From a virus (lineage: Duplodnaviria > Caudoviricetes), in the IMG/VR virus record IMGVR_UViG_3300027769_000039, positions 1-53,645 of that record: a stretch of 53,645 nt of DNA. The stretch is one strand, 5' to 3'. The notes beneath the pieces were generated by a model. It saw only the letters and a list, made by a program, of their open reading frames with translations, did no database searches and was not told the DNA's origin. Below, in pieces: positions 17,758 to 27,786 of the stretch. A program made the translations under genes and the position numbers. The stretch's first letter is position 1, and each line of letters opens with the position of its first letter.

Positions 17758-20586
17758 TTAGAATCCAAAAATAATTGCATAAGAAATGTAGTCCGCTTTA
17801 ACAGACTGATCCAAATTATTTAGCGAAACAATACCATCCACAACCAGAGATCCTAAGTTGTAGAATGATAGAGCTGGAACATCAGTAACTAAACCAAGAT
17901 CTTCTGATAAAGTTACAACCAGATCAGTCACTAATCCTAAATCTGATTGAGCATTTGCTCCAAATATTGCAGAATCTACAGCACCACCAGAACTTGTTGC
18001 CCATTGAACACCAGTTCCAGTTGATTGAAGAACTTGTCCATTAGTTCCAACACCACCACCAGCAGTGAGCGTGCCAGTTAGTATTGCTGAAGAAAGAGTT
18101 TTATTCGTTAGTGTTTGTGAACCAGTAAGAGTGGTCACAGTAGAATCAATAGAGAATGTAGAACCTGTTAATGTTAAACCTGTTCCAGCTGTATAAGTTC
18201 CTGAGCCAGAGAATTGTTGAAAAACAATAGCGTCAGAACCCATTGTTGTTACTTCATCAACCTGCACCCAACCAGTACTATTATTAACAGTACCATTAGT
18301 AACATATGTAAAATCGCCACCTGCGATTTCAGCTCCAGTATCAAAATCTGTAGCACGAGTCAGAACAGTTGATGATGTTCTTGTATATATGCCATTATTA
18401 GCAGCTGCTGCTTCATTCTTAACAAGGATGCGCATTCCATTGGACAGTGTAACACCATCAAGAGTTGTCAACGCAACTCCTAAAGTTAATGTTGCGCCAA
18501 CACCTAAAGTACCATTGGCGTATGTTACAGTTCCACCAGAAAGAGTGGCTAATGTATTGGTAGTTGCTACATCACACGATGCATGAATATGTAATCCTTG
18601 CTGGAATGAATCAACATAGTTTTTAGTAGCAGCATCAGTTGATTGAGTAGGCTCAGCTAAGTTAGTGATGCGTTTTGAAGCAACATCAACAGTACCAGTT
18701 CCGTTTGGAACTAGATTTACATTAGTATTTGAACCACCAGCAGTAAAAGTTAGTGCGCCAGTACCAGTGATAGAACCATCAGAAGTTCCAGTACCACCAT
18801 ATAGAACGCCAACATCAGTACCCTGCCAAACACCAGTTGCGATAGTACCGACGCTAGTTAAACTAGAAGCAGTAACACCAGAAGCAAGAGTAGAACCTGT
18901 TAATGTATCAGCTGCAGCAGTAACAGTAATATTAGCAGAACCATTAAAAGAAGTTCCATTAATAGTACGAGCAGTTGTTAGCGTATCGGCAGTACCAGCT
19001 GTAGCCACATTTAAGTTTGCCACACGGGTTGTAGAGGTAACAGCTAATGGTGCTGTACCTGTTGCTACAGTAGATGTTAATTGCCCTGCTACTGATAACG
19101 ATCCTGTTAAAGTGCGAACTGTAGAAGTTGTAAGAATTTCAGTTAGCGATGTAGTATCTATTGGAGTAAGAGCACTAACTTGCTGTAAATAATTATAATT
19201 ACCACGCTCTTGAACTTTTAAAGACCATCCAATATTTTGGATTTCGTTTGTGGAAGAGTATCCTATTACAACAAGCCCAGTTGCAGTATTTTCATAAACA
19301 CGAACACGAATTGTTTGACTGAGATTTGTTATTTCTTCTTCAAATAACTGGAATGATTTAGAAGGCAGTGTATTTGATCGTATATGTAAAACAAATCTAG
19401 TAACACCGCTGGTTGCTCCAGTAGCACCTCGAATTTCGCCTATAACTGAAATATTATGAGAGTTACCAGTAAGAGTAAGTCTACCTATTTCTTGAGGTAA
19501 AGTTGGGGTATGTGTTGTGCTGAATCCAGAAGCATAATCTCGAACAAATGTATTGGGACCACCAGTAAGAATTTGTCCTGGAGCTGCGAGTATATTATTA
19601 ACAGTAGTTGTGCTAAAAGCACCAGAAACTGCAGAGCCAATATTAATAGTAGTAGCAGAACCACTTAAACCAGCTGTACCTATATTGATTGTTTTAGTTT
19701 GAGCAGCTGCTGTTGCGCCAGCTTGAATGTTGGTTGTTTGGCTTACTGTGGATTGACCCAGAGTAATAGTTCCAGTTCCGCTTGCACCACCTAATGTTAA
19801 TGTTCCAGATGTTTGATTAGTATGAAACGCTGAACCAGAACTACTAGTACCATTAAGAGACATCGTCCCAGTTACTGTGATTGATGAAAAAGATGGAGAA
19901 GTATTTAAGACAACAGAACCTGTTCCTGTAATTGCAGAAAATTCAGTATATTCTGCATCCCAATCTGCTGCTGTATTTAATGTAGTGCCAACACACATAC
20001 ACTGGACAGTAACACCAGGAATTATTGTTATAACTAAATTTCCACCAGATGAGTTTACTGTCAAATTACCAGTAGAGGAATTTTCAATTACATAAGAAAC
20101 ACCTGTTGCTAAAGTGCTAGTGACTGGTAAAACGATTGTTTGTGTAGTTGAACCAGTAAATCTTTGATAATGATTGCTTGAAGAAGTTAAAGTAGTTGTA
20201 CCAGCTGCAGTTGCAGTGCTGGTATATCCGTCTTTAACATTAGTTGCACTTAATATACCATTAACTGTAAGATTATTTGTTGTAACAGTAGAATTAAATG
20301 TAGTTGGAGATGCGACTGCAATATTACTATCAGACTGACCAAGAGTTAATGTCTTTCCAGTCAGTGCACGAATATCGCCATTTTGTTCAAAAACAATATC
20401 AACACTGTTAATACCATCACCGATATAAACATCAGTTGCGGTATTACCTATTGATAAACTTCCACCAGCAGTTCCAATATTAAGATTACCAGAATCATCA
20501 AGTTGTATAGTTGCGTCACTATTCCCTGATGTATCTATAAAATCTATCAGTCCACTTGCTGGTGTTATAATTACATTTTTTGGCAT
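17758..20586 (-). CDS. Modular tail fibre-like protein (942 aa)
   Basis: Thr/Gly/Ser-rich; ARTINGTSFNGSANI, DAATKNYVD, RILVKNE...NNGIY, TLTNKTL, GTNGQVLQSTGTGVQW modules. Confidence 0.75.
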   Translation of the reverse strand: MPKNVIITPASGLIDFIDTSGNSDATIQLDDSGNLNIGTAGGSLSIGNTATDVYIGDGINSVDIVFEQNGDIRALTGKTLTLGQSDSNIAVASPTTFNSTVTTNNLTVNGILSATNVKDGYTSTATAAGTTTLTSSSNHYQRFTGSTTQTIVLPVTSTLATGVSYVIENSSTGNLTVNSSGGNLVITIIPGVTVQCMCVGTTLNTAADWDAEYTEFSAITGTGSVVLNTSPSFSSITVTGTMSLNGTSSSGSAFHTNQTSGTLTLGGASGTGTITLGQSTVSQTTNIQAGATAAAQTKTINIGTAGLSGSATTINIGSAVSGAFSTTTVNNILAAPGQILTGGPNTFVRDYASGFSTTHTPTLPQEIGRLTLTGNSHNISVIGEIRGATGATSGVTRFVLHIRSNTLPSKSFQLFEEEITNLSQTIRVRVYENTATGLVVIGYSSTNEIQNIGWSLKVQERGNYNYLQQVSALTPIDTTSLTEILTTSTVRTLTGSLSVAGQLTSTVATGTAPLAVTSTTRVANLNVATAGTADTLTTARTINGTSFNGSANITVTAAADTLTGSTLASGVTASSLTSVGTIATGVWQGTDVGVLYGGTGTSDGSITGTGALTFTAGGSNTNVNLVPNGTGTVDVASKRITNLAEPTQSTDAATKNYVDSFQQGLHIHASCDVATTNTLATLSGGTVTYANGTLGVGATLTLGVALTTLDGVTLSNGMRILVKNEAAAANNGIYTRTSSTVLTRATDFDTGAEIAGGDFTYVTNGTVNNSTGWVQVDEVTTMGSDAIVFQQFSGSGTYTAGTGLTLTGSTFSIDSTVTTLTGSQTLTNKTLSSAILTGTLTAGGGVGTNGQVLQSTGTGVQWATSSGGAVDSAIFGANAQSDLGLVTDLVVTLSEDLGLVTDVPALSFYNLGSLVVDGIVSLNNLDQSVKADYISYAIIFGF
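18150..18640 (-). repeat. Diverged copy 1 of a ~160-codon fibre module (copy 2 at ~25560-26050)
   Basis: DAATKNYVD..GLHIH..ATTNTLATLSGGTVTYANGT..RILVKNEA..AEIAGGDFT..QQFSG occurs in both genes, with visible DNA similarity. Confidence 0.85.
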
Positions 20587-20587
20587 T

Positions 20588-23053
20588 TTATTTTAATCTT
20601 CCGCCCAGTCTAATTTTTGATTCTGTTAGAGAACTTCCAACACCAACTAATGCTGAATTAGTTTGACTACCATTAATTGAAGAAAATGCTTGAACGGCAT
20701 ATGGTTTATCTAATAACACAGTAATATTTTTCATCCAGCAGCCTTCAGAAGTAGTGCTAGATTCTGCGCCAACACCAATGTTTATATAACGAGAAAATGC
20801 CACTGGATTAATTGTTAGTTGTAATGTTTCATAAGCACTTGTTGCAGCAGCACTAAATTGTAGGCTTGTTGTGCCACCAGCAACCCAAGAACTATATTGG
20901 CCACCTGAGTTGGCTAGTGTATTTGGACCAGTTCCAGAAACAACATCTCTTGCTTCAAATCTTGGATAAGTTCCAGAAAATCCTGGTGCCAATTTAATTT
21001 GCGCTTTTGCTCTTACAGTAACTCCTGCTGGAACAAAAACTGATTCAAACCAACCACATCCATAATCGCTTCCATCTGCGATCCAGTAAACTCTCCAAGC
21101 ATCTTCGTTGGAATCCCAAAATCTTGTAGAAAGATAATTTTGTTGATAGATAGCATCGTATTCCATGTTGTATTCAATAACACTTCCAACTACACCATTA
21201 TGCCCTCTATCAATATTACCACCGTGAAAATTACCCCTAACTTGCAAATTATTAACTAAATGAGAATAACCACTGACATAATTAAGTGTAGAATATATTA
21301 GAGTGTTATTATTGTACGCATCCGATTCTATACCTCTTCTGTTACCTGTATGTTTGTGTTTATAGTAACCTCTAAAAAAACCACTAACAAAATTAAGGTA
21401 GTCGGATCCATCAGAAATATAGTGATGAACTCCTATGTTAGAATCATAAAAGTTTACTCTAAAACCTCTAGCACAACGAGAAACATAAACATAACCAACT
21501 TCAGCCCATTCAGTTCCACCTTCTAATCTTGGTCCATACGCTTCGGAGGCAACTGCTATACTATTGTAAATACATTGACCTTCACGATAGTATATACCAT
21601 AAGAAGTATTAAATCTACCTTGAACATGACAACATCTTAATTGGTCATATCTACCACGAATCCAAAATCCACCCCAATCACGAGAAGAGGTGGAACCAGT
21701 CATTACAACACCTTCGTACCATCCTTGTTGAGAAAATGCTGGGACTGTTGATGTTAATGTTACACCTGCAGGTAAACTTACATTTGCTTTCCAGTTTCCC
21801 TCACGAATATAAATTCCACCCTCTGCTTGTCCATAACTGCTACCACAATATTTAAAATATACATCTTTAAGAATAACTGCTCTAGTATAATTGGTTCCAC
21901 CAGATTCAATGTAAATTCCATAGAAATCTGTATTTGGTATAACTGGTTCTACTACAACATCTCTGGTTAAACGATTTACTAATGCACCAGAAACTACATT
22001 ATAACCAATCGCTGCGGTAAGTGTAATAACATTTCCAGCAACAGATTGAATAGTGTGTTTATATCTTGGACCAGGAGTTTCATTTCCATAAGCATTGTAG
22101 GCATAGTCAGTTGTTCCTCCTGCCTCGCTTCTGGCTTCAATCCAAATATCATTACCAGCAACAAACATATTTGCATTGGCAACTGTAATTGTTGTTGCTG
22201 CTGCCAATGAAGATGCTGTAGTAATAGTAGCACACTTTCTTATTTTGTCACCAGTTGCATGAATTTTATCTGAACCAGTTTCATATACTGTTAAACCAGT
22301 AACAGTGCCAGTAATAGAACCAGATAATGTTAATGTGTGGTTTCTATAATTAATTGCACTAATTGTGTGTATATTTCTATTCGCACCTGTACCAAAAATA
22401 ATTATTTGGCCAGCTCGGAATACCTTTGAATTGGCGACAACTAAACTTGTTCCAGTGGCAGAAACAACTGTAGATTCTGGACCAACGAATTGTCTAAAAT
22501 AAACTGTATTAACATCAATATCGTGAATCCAAAAACCTTCATCTCTTAATGTAGTAGCACCTGCGTTTCCTGCTTGCGCAGTTGTATTATTAAAAACTGC
22601 AAACCATTCGCCCACTGCAAAATTTGTGGCAGAGGTAAATGCAAAACTTGTTGCTCGTTCATTAACACCTGATGCTAAAGTAGTGGTTGGCATACCATCA
22701 CTACCTTCCATAATTATATTTGCACCTGTTTCGCCCACTACATATAAAATATGTGATTCTGCAGCAGTTCCTTTAAACTGTAATGTATGACCAGGACGAG
22801 CATGATATGTTCCGTTGGTTCTAACTTGTAACCTACCATTCATTCTAAGAACAGTAGTTGCTCCTGATTGAGATTGTAGTATTCCGTAAATATTACTGTC
22901 ATTAAATCCGTTAGCGACAGGTGTAGTAACATTATATGTTACAGTATGACCTGTAGCAATAACAAACGAGTCTGCGTTGACTGGTACTACTCCTCCTACC
23001 CATGTGGTAGTGGCGTCAAAGTTTCCAGATTGCGCTGATGTTATTGTTGCCAT
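20588..23053 (-). CDS. Putative structural / receptor-binding protein (821 aa) with G8-like N-terminus and probable beta-helix region
   Basis: N-terminus TITSAQSGNFDATTTWVGGVVP...DSFVIATGHTVTY; NRLTRDVVV; aromatic/Gly-rich central part. Fold is inferred. Confidence 0.6.
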   Translation of the reverse strand: MATITSAQSGNFDATTTWVGGVVPVNADSFVIATGHTVTYNVTTPVANGFNDSNIYGILQSQSGATTVLRMNGRLQVRTNGTYHARPGHTLQFKGTAAESHILYVVGETGANIIMEGSDGMPTTTLASGVNERATSFAFTSATNFAVGEWFAVFNNTTAQAGNAGATTLRDEGFWIHDIDVNTVYFRQFVGPESTVVSATGTSLVVANSKVFRAGQIIIFGTGANRNIHTISAINYRNHTLTLSGSITGTVTGLTVYETGSDKIHATGDKIRKCATITTASSLAAATTITVANANMFVAGNDIWIEARSEAGGTTDYAYNAYGNETPGPRYKHTIQSVAGNVITLTAAIGYNVVSGALVNRLTRDVVVEPVIPNTDFYGIYIESGGTNYTRAVILKDVYFKYCGSSYGQAEGGIYIREGNWKANVSLPAGVTLTSTVPAFSQQGWYEGVVMTGSTSSRDWGGFWIRGRYDQLRCCHVQGRFNTSYGIYYREGQCIYNSIAVASEAYGPRLEGGTEWAEVGYVYVSRCARGFRVNFYDSNIGVHHYISDGSDYLNFVSGFFRGYYKHKHTGNRRGIESDAYNNNTLIYSTLNYVSGYSHLVNNLQVRGNFHGGNIDRGHNGVVGSVIEYNMEYDAIYQQNYLSTRFWDSNEDAWRVYWIADGSDYGCGWFESVFVPAGVTVRAKAQIKLAPGFSGTYPRFEARDVVSGTGPNTLANSGGQYSSWVAGGTTSLQFSAAATSAYETLQLTINPVAFSRYINIGVGAESSTTSEGCWMKNITVLLDKPYAVQAFSSINGSQTNSALVGVGSSLTESKIRLGGRLK

Positions 23054-23193
23054 GGATATTCAATCTCTGGTTCTGGTTTGCTGATTTCAATTTCTAATTC
23101 TGTGCCATTATCTGAAATGTTATTAATAACAACTCCAGCATCATTGGTAATTACTTCTAGAGTTTCTTTATTAATTTTAATATTAAGCAGCAT
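23041..23193 (-). CDS. Small protein (50 aa) not in the ORF track: MLLNIKINKETLEVITNDAGVVINNISDNGTELEIEISKPEPEIEYPWQQ
   Basis: Translated by hand; it fills the gap exactly and overlaps both neighbouring genes. Confidence 0.7.
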   Translation of the reverse strand: MLLNIKINKETLEVITNDAGVVINNISDNGTELEIEISKPEPEIEYPWQQ

Positions 23194-24928
23194 ATTCAAC
23201 CTTTAGTTTTTCAACATCGCTTCTCTCGCCATAAACTACAAAGAAACAATCAATAGTTCTATTTAAGACATTACTGTTTTTAATATAGACTTTATTATCT
23301 TCAATTTTCTCAACAAATAAATTCTGATGACTTCCAACTGGTGTAAGATTTACAGAGATGCTTTCTGGATCTACTAATTTTGTCCAATATTCTGGTAGTT
23401 CTATAATATTTTCTTTAATTCTTCCACGAATATAAACGCCATTTTCTGGACCTTCTAAAGATCCATATCGAAGTTTCATTTCTTCTTTGGTTGGGTGTGG
23501 TATTACGAACGATTTGGTAGTTGCGGCAAATGAGCCATTGACTTCTAGTGCGTAGCCTGGTGTGGTTGTATTAATTCCAACATTACCATTGGCCAATATG
23601 CGCATCTTTTCTGTTGGAGTCGAATCTAAAGTTCTTGTAGAAAATGTTAGATATCCACCAGTTGAAGAATCTAGATTGTTTGGTAAAGCAGTAATATAAG
23701 CTACATCTTTTCTTGTTCCAACAGAATCAGTAAGTCTAAATCTTAGTCTGGAAGATTTTGTTATGTTATTGGCAGTATTACTATTAGTAATAGTAAGATC
23801 TGTTGAAGATGTTGTATTTTGTTCTGTTTCAAGTATTGAAGCTGGTGCTGAGACAGTACCAATTCCAACATTACCAGTGTTTGTTATTTGAAAATACTTT
23901 GTGCCAAGTGTAGTTACAGCAGAAGTATCTCCACGACCAAATAACAAACCATTATTTTCAGAAATAACTAATACTGATTGCCCACTAACAGCTTGATTAC
24001 CACCAGATGCAAGATATAAGTGGTCGTCATAAGTTACATTGTAGTTCCACTTAATAATTGGATGATCTGTACTTGTCGTCCAAGAAGAATTATTTTGTTG
24101 AACAGTAAAATAACCATCCAAACAATTTATCTTTAGATTACTATTAGCATTAACATTTCCAGTAAATGTTTTATTTGTTAATGTCTGTGTGCCAGTTAAT
24201 GTAGCAACAGTAGAATCAATAGCGATAGTTCCGCTAGTCGTAATTGTTCCACCAGTTAAACCAGTGCCTGCTGTAATAGAAGTTACAGTTCCTGAACCAC
24301 CAACACCACCTGTTAATAAGTTTGATCCAACACCTGCACCTGCTGCAGTAAGATCAATATAAGCACCACGATTAGTTCCGCCATCTTCCCAAATACGCAA
24401 CTTGTTCTGAAAGACATCTATTCGTACGCCAGCACCAGCAATAGTTGTATTAGTTTGTGCTTTTGTTAATAGGATTTCTCCACCCTCGTCGCCACTAGAG
24501 TATGAACTAACAAGATTTCCTGTAGAAGTTACAGAAGAACCAGTAATTGCAGCTGGAGTAGTTCCACCGATTATGGCATCATTGATTGTACCACCAGAGA
24601 TTACTGGAGAAGTAAGAGTTTTATTAGTCAGCGTGTCAGTAGTGGCACGACCGACCAGAGTATCAGTAGAAGTTGGAAGAGTAAGAGTTCCAGTATTAAC
24701 AATAGTAGAAATTACTGGAGAAGTAAGAGTTTTGTTGGTTAGAGTTTGTGTACCAGTGAGAGTTACAACAGAGTCATCAATTGTAAAACTTTTAATTACA
24801 TTTGATGCATTTTTAAAGTACAGTTTTCCGTCGGTGTAGTTGAGTGCTACTTCACCGTAATCTAGATCGCTTGTAAGTGGAACTTTCGCTGCTACTGAAG
24901 ACTTCTTCAGTAAAACTTTATTTGCCAT
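23183..24928 (-). CDS. Tail fibre-like protein (581 aa)
   Basis: N-terminal LKKSSVAAKVP...GEVALNYTDGKLY; three TLTNKT repeats; GNVGIGT motifs; C-terminal TKSFVIPHPTK...LRYGSLEGPENGVYIRG domain. Confidence 0.75.
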   Translation of the reverse strand: MANKVLLKKSSVAAKVPLTSDLDYGEVALNYTDGKLYFKNASNVIKSFTIDDSVVTLTGTQTLTNKTLTSPVISTIVNTGTLTLPTSTDTLVGRATTDTLTNKTLTSPVISGGTINDAIIGGTTPAAITGSSVTSTGNLVSSYSSGDEGGEILLTKAQTNTTIAGAGVRIDVFQNKLRIWEDGGTNRGAYIDLTAAGAGVGSNLLTGGVGGSGTVTSITAGTGLTGGTITTSGTIAIDSTVATLTGTQTLTNKTFTGNVNANSNLKINCLDGYFTVQQNNSSWTTSTDHPIIKWNYNVTYDDHLYLASGGNQAVSGQSVLVISENNGLLFGRGDTSAVTTLGTKYFQITNTGNVGIGTVSAPASILETEQNTTSSTDLTITNSNTANNITKSSRLRFRLTDSVGTRKDVAYITALPNNLDSSTGGYLTFSTRTLDSTPTEKMRILANGNVGINTTTPGYALEVNGSFAATTKSFVIPHPTKEEMKLRYGSLEGPENGVYIRGRIKENIIELPEYWTKLVDPESISVNLTPVGSHQNLFVEKIEDNKVYIKNSNVLNRTIDCFFVVYGERSDVEKLKVEYAA

Positions 24929-24955
24929 TCTCTAACCTTAAAAAAGGAAAATATC

Positions 24956-24988
24956 AAAAAGATAGAGAGAGTAAAAACTCTCTCTTTT
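24956..24988 (-). terminator. Hairpin, probable terminator or attenuator
   Basis: Minus strand AGAGAGAG-TTTTTA-CTCTCTCT followed by ATCTTTTT. Confidence 0.55.
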
Positions 24989-24993
24989 AGTAT

Positions 24994-27519
24994 TTAGTAT
25001 GTACCACCATCGATGTTAAATCCATCGAGAGTTGAAGTTGCTGCGCCAGCACCATAAATGCTACCACCAACGCCAACACCACCTGTAACAACTACCGCAC
25101 CAGTTGTAGAACTTGATGATGCAGTGGCAGCAGTAAATGTTGTCGCACCATTAGAAGTTAAAGTAGTAAACGCACCAGTAGATCTAGTTGTTGCACCGAT
25201 TGGTGTATTATCAATAGAACCACCGCTGATTGCTGCACCTTGGATGGTTTTATTAGTTAATGTTTCTGAACCAGCAAGAGTTGCCAGAGTACCAGTAGTT
25301 GGTAATGTTAAAGTTGTTGTGGCAGTCGCAGTTAAAGTTGTGGCGAAAGCACCAGAGGTGGTAAGATTACCACCAAGAGTAATTGTTTTACCAGAGTTAT
25401 TAACACCAGTACCACCGTATTGACCAGTAATTACTGTACCTTGCCAAATACCAGTACCGATAGTACCTAATGTAGTGATAGAAGTTTGACCGACATAAGT
25501 TGATGCAATATCAATATTGTCAGCATTAACAGTAATACGATTTGTAGTTCCGCCAACATTAAACTCTGTTCCTGATATTGTTAAACCAGCACCAGCTGTA
25601 AATGTTCCAGTACCAGAGAACTGTTGCCAGATAACAATATCTGTACCAACAATTAATACTTCTTCAGTTTGTACCCAACCAGTGTTTCCATAAAGAGTAC
25701 CATTTTCAACGAAAGTAAAGTCACCACCAGCTATCTCGGCTGCAGTGTTAAAGTCAGCAGAACGAGTAAGAACTGTAGCACTGGTACGAACATACATACC
25801 ATTGTGTGCTTGGTTTGCTTCATTTTTAACAAGGATACGATCGCCATTGACTAATGTGTGTCCGTCAATTGCAGATAATCCAGCAGAAAGAGTAAGTGTA
25901 GCACCTACGCCAGCAGTGCCGTTAGCGTATGTTACTGTTCCACCAGAAAGTGTAGCAAGAGTATTAGTAGTTGCGCAATGTGCAGCTTCATGGATATGTA
26001 ATCCCTCAGCAACAGTATCAACATAGTTCTTTGTTGCTGCATCTGTTGCATTTACAGGTTCGTTTAATCCTGTAAGAATAGAACCAGAAAGATCAACAAC
26101 ACCAGTACCATTTGGACTAATGATAATATTACCATTAGTATCTGTCGAGGTAATTGTATTACCATTAAAGTTTAAATTATCAACAGTTAATTCAGTAACA
26201 CCAGCAATAGAAGTTGTTGTAGAACCAAGTGTTAATGTTGAAGAACCAAGAGTAATATTTTTAGCAGTAACAGCACCAGTAGTTACCGTAAAGTTATTGG
26301 TGTCGAAGGATGCTACACCTTTATTGCTTGTAGAAGCATCTTCACCTGCGACAGTAATCGTTGACCCAGCGTGAGTTACATCAATACCTTCTCCACCGAG
26401 GATAGAGAAACTATGGGTGGCAGGAGTTAAAGCACCAGAATCTGTAGTGACAGATTTAACAACTGTATCTTTTAATTCAACTGCACCAGAAGTAACATTG
26501 AAGTCGGCAGTTTCGAAAGAAGCAACACCCTTGTTAGATGTAGAAGCATCTTCTGCTGCAATAGTAACAGTATTTGTGGCAGAATTGATAGAAGTATCAA
26601 TACCTTCGCCACCAGCAAATGTTAGCGTATCGGTAGCAAGAGCAATAGAATCTGTTCCAGTATCGCCAGCAATACCAAGAGTAGTAGTAATTGATGCTGT
26701 TGTTACAGCAGTTAATTGACCTTGTGCATTGAAGGTAATAACTGGGATAGCTGTTGAAGAACCAACTGTTGATGCAGTAACACCAGTGTTAGTAATAGAA
26801 ACTGTAGAAGTATTACCAACATCAGAGTTAGTAATAGTAATACCAGTTCCACCAGTAACTGCGCCACCGACTGTATCGTAAATATATTCGGCGAGAGTAT
26901 CTCCGCCAATGTTTACGCCACCATTAAATGTAGCTGCGCCAGTAAAGGTAGAAGTGCTGCTGGCAGATAAAGTTGTAAACGCACCAGTGCTTGGTGTAGT
27001 ATTGCCAATCGGAGTACTGTTAATGCTAGAGAATGAGGCAGAAGCAGCTTGAATTAAACCAGCAACATACAACGCTCCACCAATACCAACACCACCAGTA
27101 ACTACCAATGCGCCAGTGCTTGTGCTACTTGCTACATTAGTAGAAGTTAAATTAACTCTACCAGTTCCATTCGGAGCGAGAATTAAGTTACCATTAGTGT
27201 CGGTAGTACTGATTGTATTACCATTTAAATCTAAATTATCTACTTTAAGATTGTCTAACTTGCTGCTAGAATCTACAATTAAAGCAGAAGAAGCAGTTAA
27301 AGTTCCATGGACATGATCGAGTAAATCAGTAAAGTATTTACCACCAATAACATAGTGTTGCGCTGCATCGCCAGCAGTTTCTGTTCCGAAACCAATGTAT
27401 AATCTATCACCACCATTTGCTTGAGTCCCTGATAAAGCAGAGTATGCTAACTCACCAGCGCCAAGTGTTGTTGGATTTCCTGAGGTCGGGCTGCGTTTTA
27501 TGCGAATTATTGATGCCAT
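24994..27519 (-). CDS. Modular tail fibre-like protein (841 aa) with internal repeats
   Basis: N-terminal IRIKRS...GELAYS; duplicated NGNTIxxTDTNGN, EDASTSNKGVASF, TGAxVVTGGVG and TPIG..STGAFTTL modules; ends IDGGTY. Confidence 0.75.
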   Translation of the reverse strand: MASIIRIKRSPTSGNPTTLGAGELAYSALSGTQANGGDRLYIGFGTETAGDAAQHYVIGGKYFTDLLDHVHGTLTASSALIVDSSSKLDNLKVDNLDLNGNTISTTDTNGNLILAPNGTGRVNLTSTNVASSTSTGALVVTGGVGIGGALYVAGLIQAASASFSSINSTPIGNTTPSTGAFTTLSASSTSTFTGAATFNGGVNIGGDTLAEYIYDTVGGAVTGGTGITITNSDVGNTSTVSITNTGVTASTVGSSTAIPVITFNAQGQLTAVTTASITTTLGIAGDTGTDSIALATDTLTFAGGEGIDTSINSATNTVTIAAEDASTSNKGVASFETADFNVTSGAVELKDTVVKSVTTDSGALTPATHSFSILGGEGIDVTHAGSTITVAGEDASTSNKGVASFDTNNFTVTTGAVTAKNITLGSSTLTLGSTTTSIAGVTELTVDNLNFNGNTITSTDTNGNIIISPNGTGVVDLSGSILTGLNEPVNATDAATKNYVDTVAEGLHIHEAAHCATTNTLATLSGGTVTYANGTAGVGATLTLSAGLSAIDGHTLVNGDRILVKNEANQAHNGMYVRTSATVLTRSADFNTAAEIAGGDFTFVENGTLYGNTGWVQTEEVLIVGTDIVIWQQFSGTGTFTAGAGLTISGTEFNVGGTTNRITVNADNIDIASTYVGQTSITTLGTIGTGIWQGTVITGQYGGTGVNNSGKTITLGGNLTTSGAFATTLTATATTTLTLPTTGTLATLAGSETLTNKTIQGAAISGGSIDNTPIGATTRSTGAFTTLTSNGATTFTAATASSSSTTGAVVVTGGVGVGGSIYGAGAATSTLDGFNIDGGTY
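25560..26050 (-). repeat. Diverged copy 2 of the same fibre module
   Basis: gcgtatgttactgttccaccagaaag here versus gcgtatgttacagttccaccagaaag in copy 1. Confidence 0.85.
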
Positions 27520-27533
27520 CTTTTATTTCTCCG

Positions 27534-27785
27534 TTAATATTGTCCACCAGTTACATCTTGCGCATCAAGAATTGTAGTGGAAGTCCATTTATTCGTTGTT
27601 GTTTTATAGACTAATACTGAGCCATCTATTAATATATTAGTATCAACATCATTTAATTCGCCAACTCCAACTTGCGAAGCAGAAGCACCTTGTATTCCAA
27701 CTGCCGATACCGTAGTTGATGTATCAGATTCTACTGTTGCTGTAATTAGTTCACTTGATATGACTGTTGCTGATATATCGCTCAT
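27534..27785 (-). CDS. Small fibre-associated protein (83 aa)
   Basis: LNDVD...DGSVLVYKTTTNKW motif; ends GGQY, like the neighbour's GGTY. Confidence 0.7.
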   Translation of the reverse strand: MSDISATVISSELITATVESDTSTTVSAVGIQGASASQVGVGELNDVDTNILIDGSVLVYKTTTNKWTSTTILDAQDVTGGQY

Positions 27786-27786
27786 T

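Noticed and set aside
24598-24740. Direct repeat attactggagaagtaagagtttt
   Set aside because: It is a coding repeat (TLTNKTLTSPVIS) with only two copies; not a CRISPR array or att site.
13646-27316. Many plus-strand Val/Pro/Ala-rich ORFs (e.g. 13646-14155, 18665-19192, 25058-25423)
   Set aside because: Antisense shadows of Thr/Gly-rich fibre genes with biased codons; no independent motifs.
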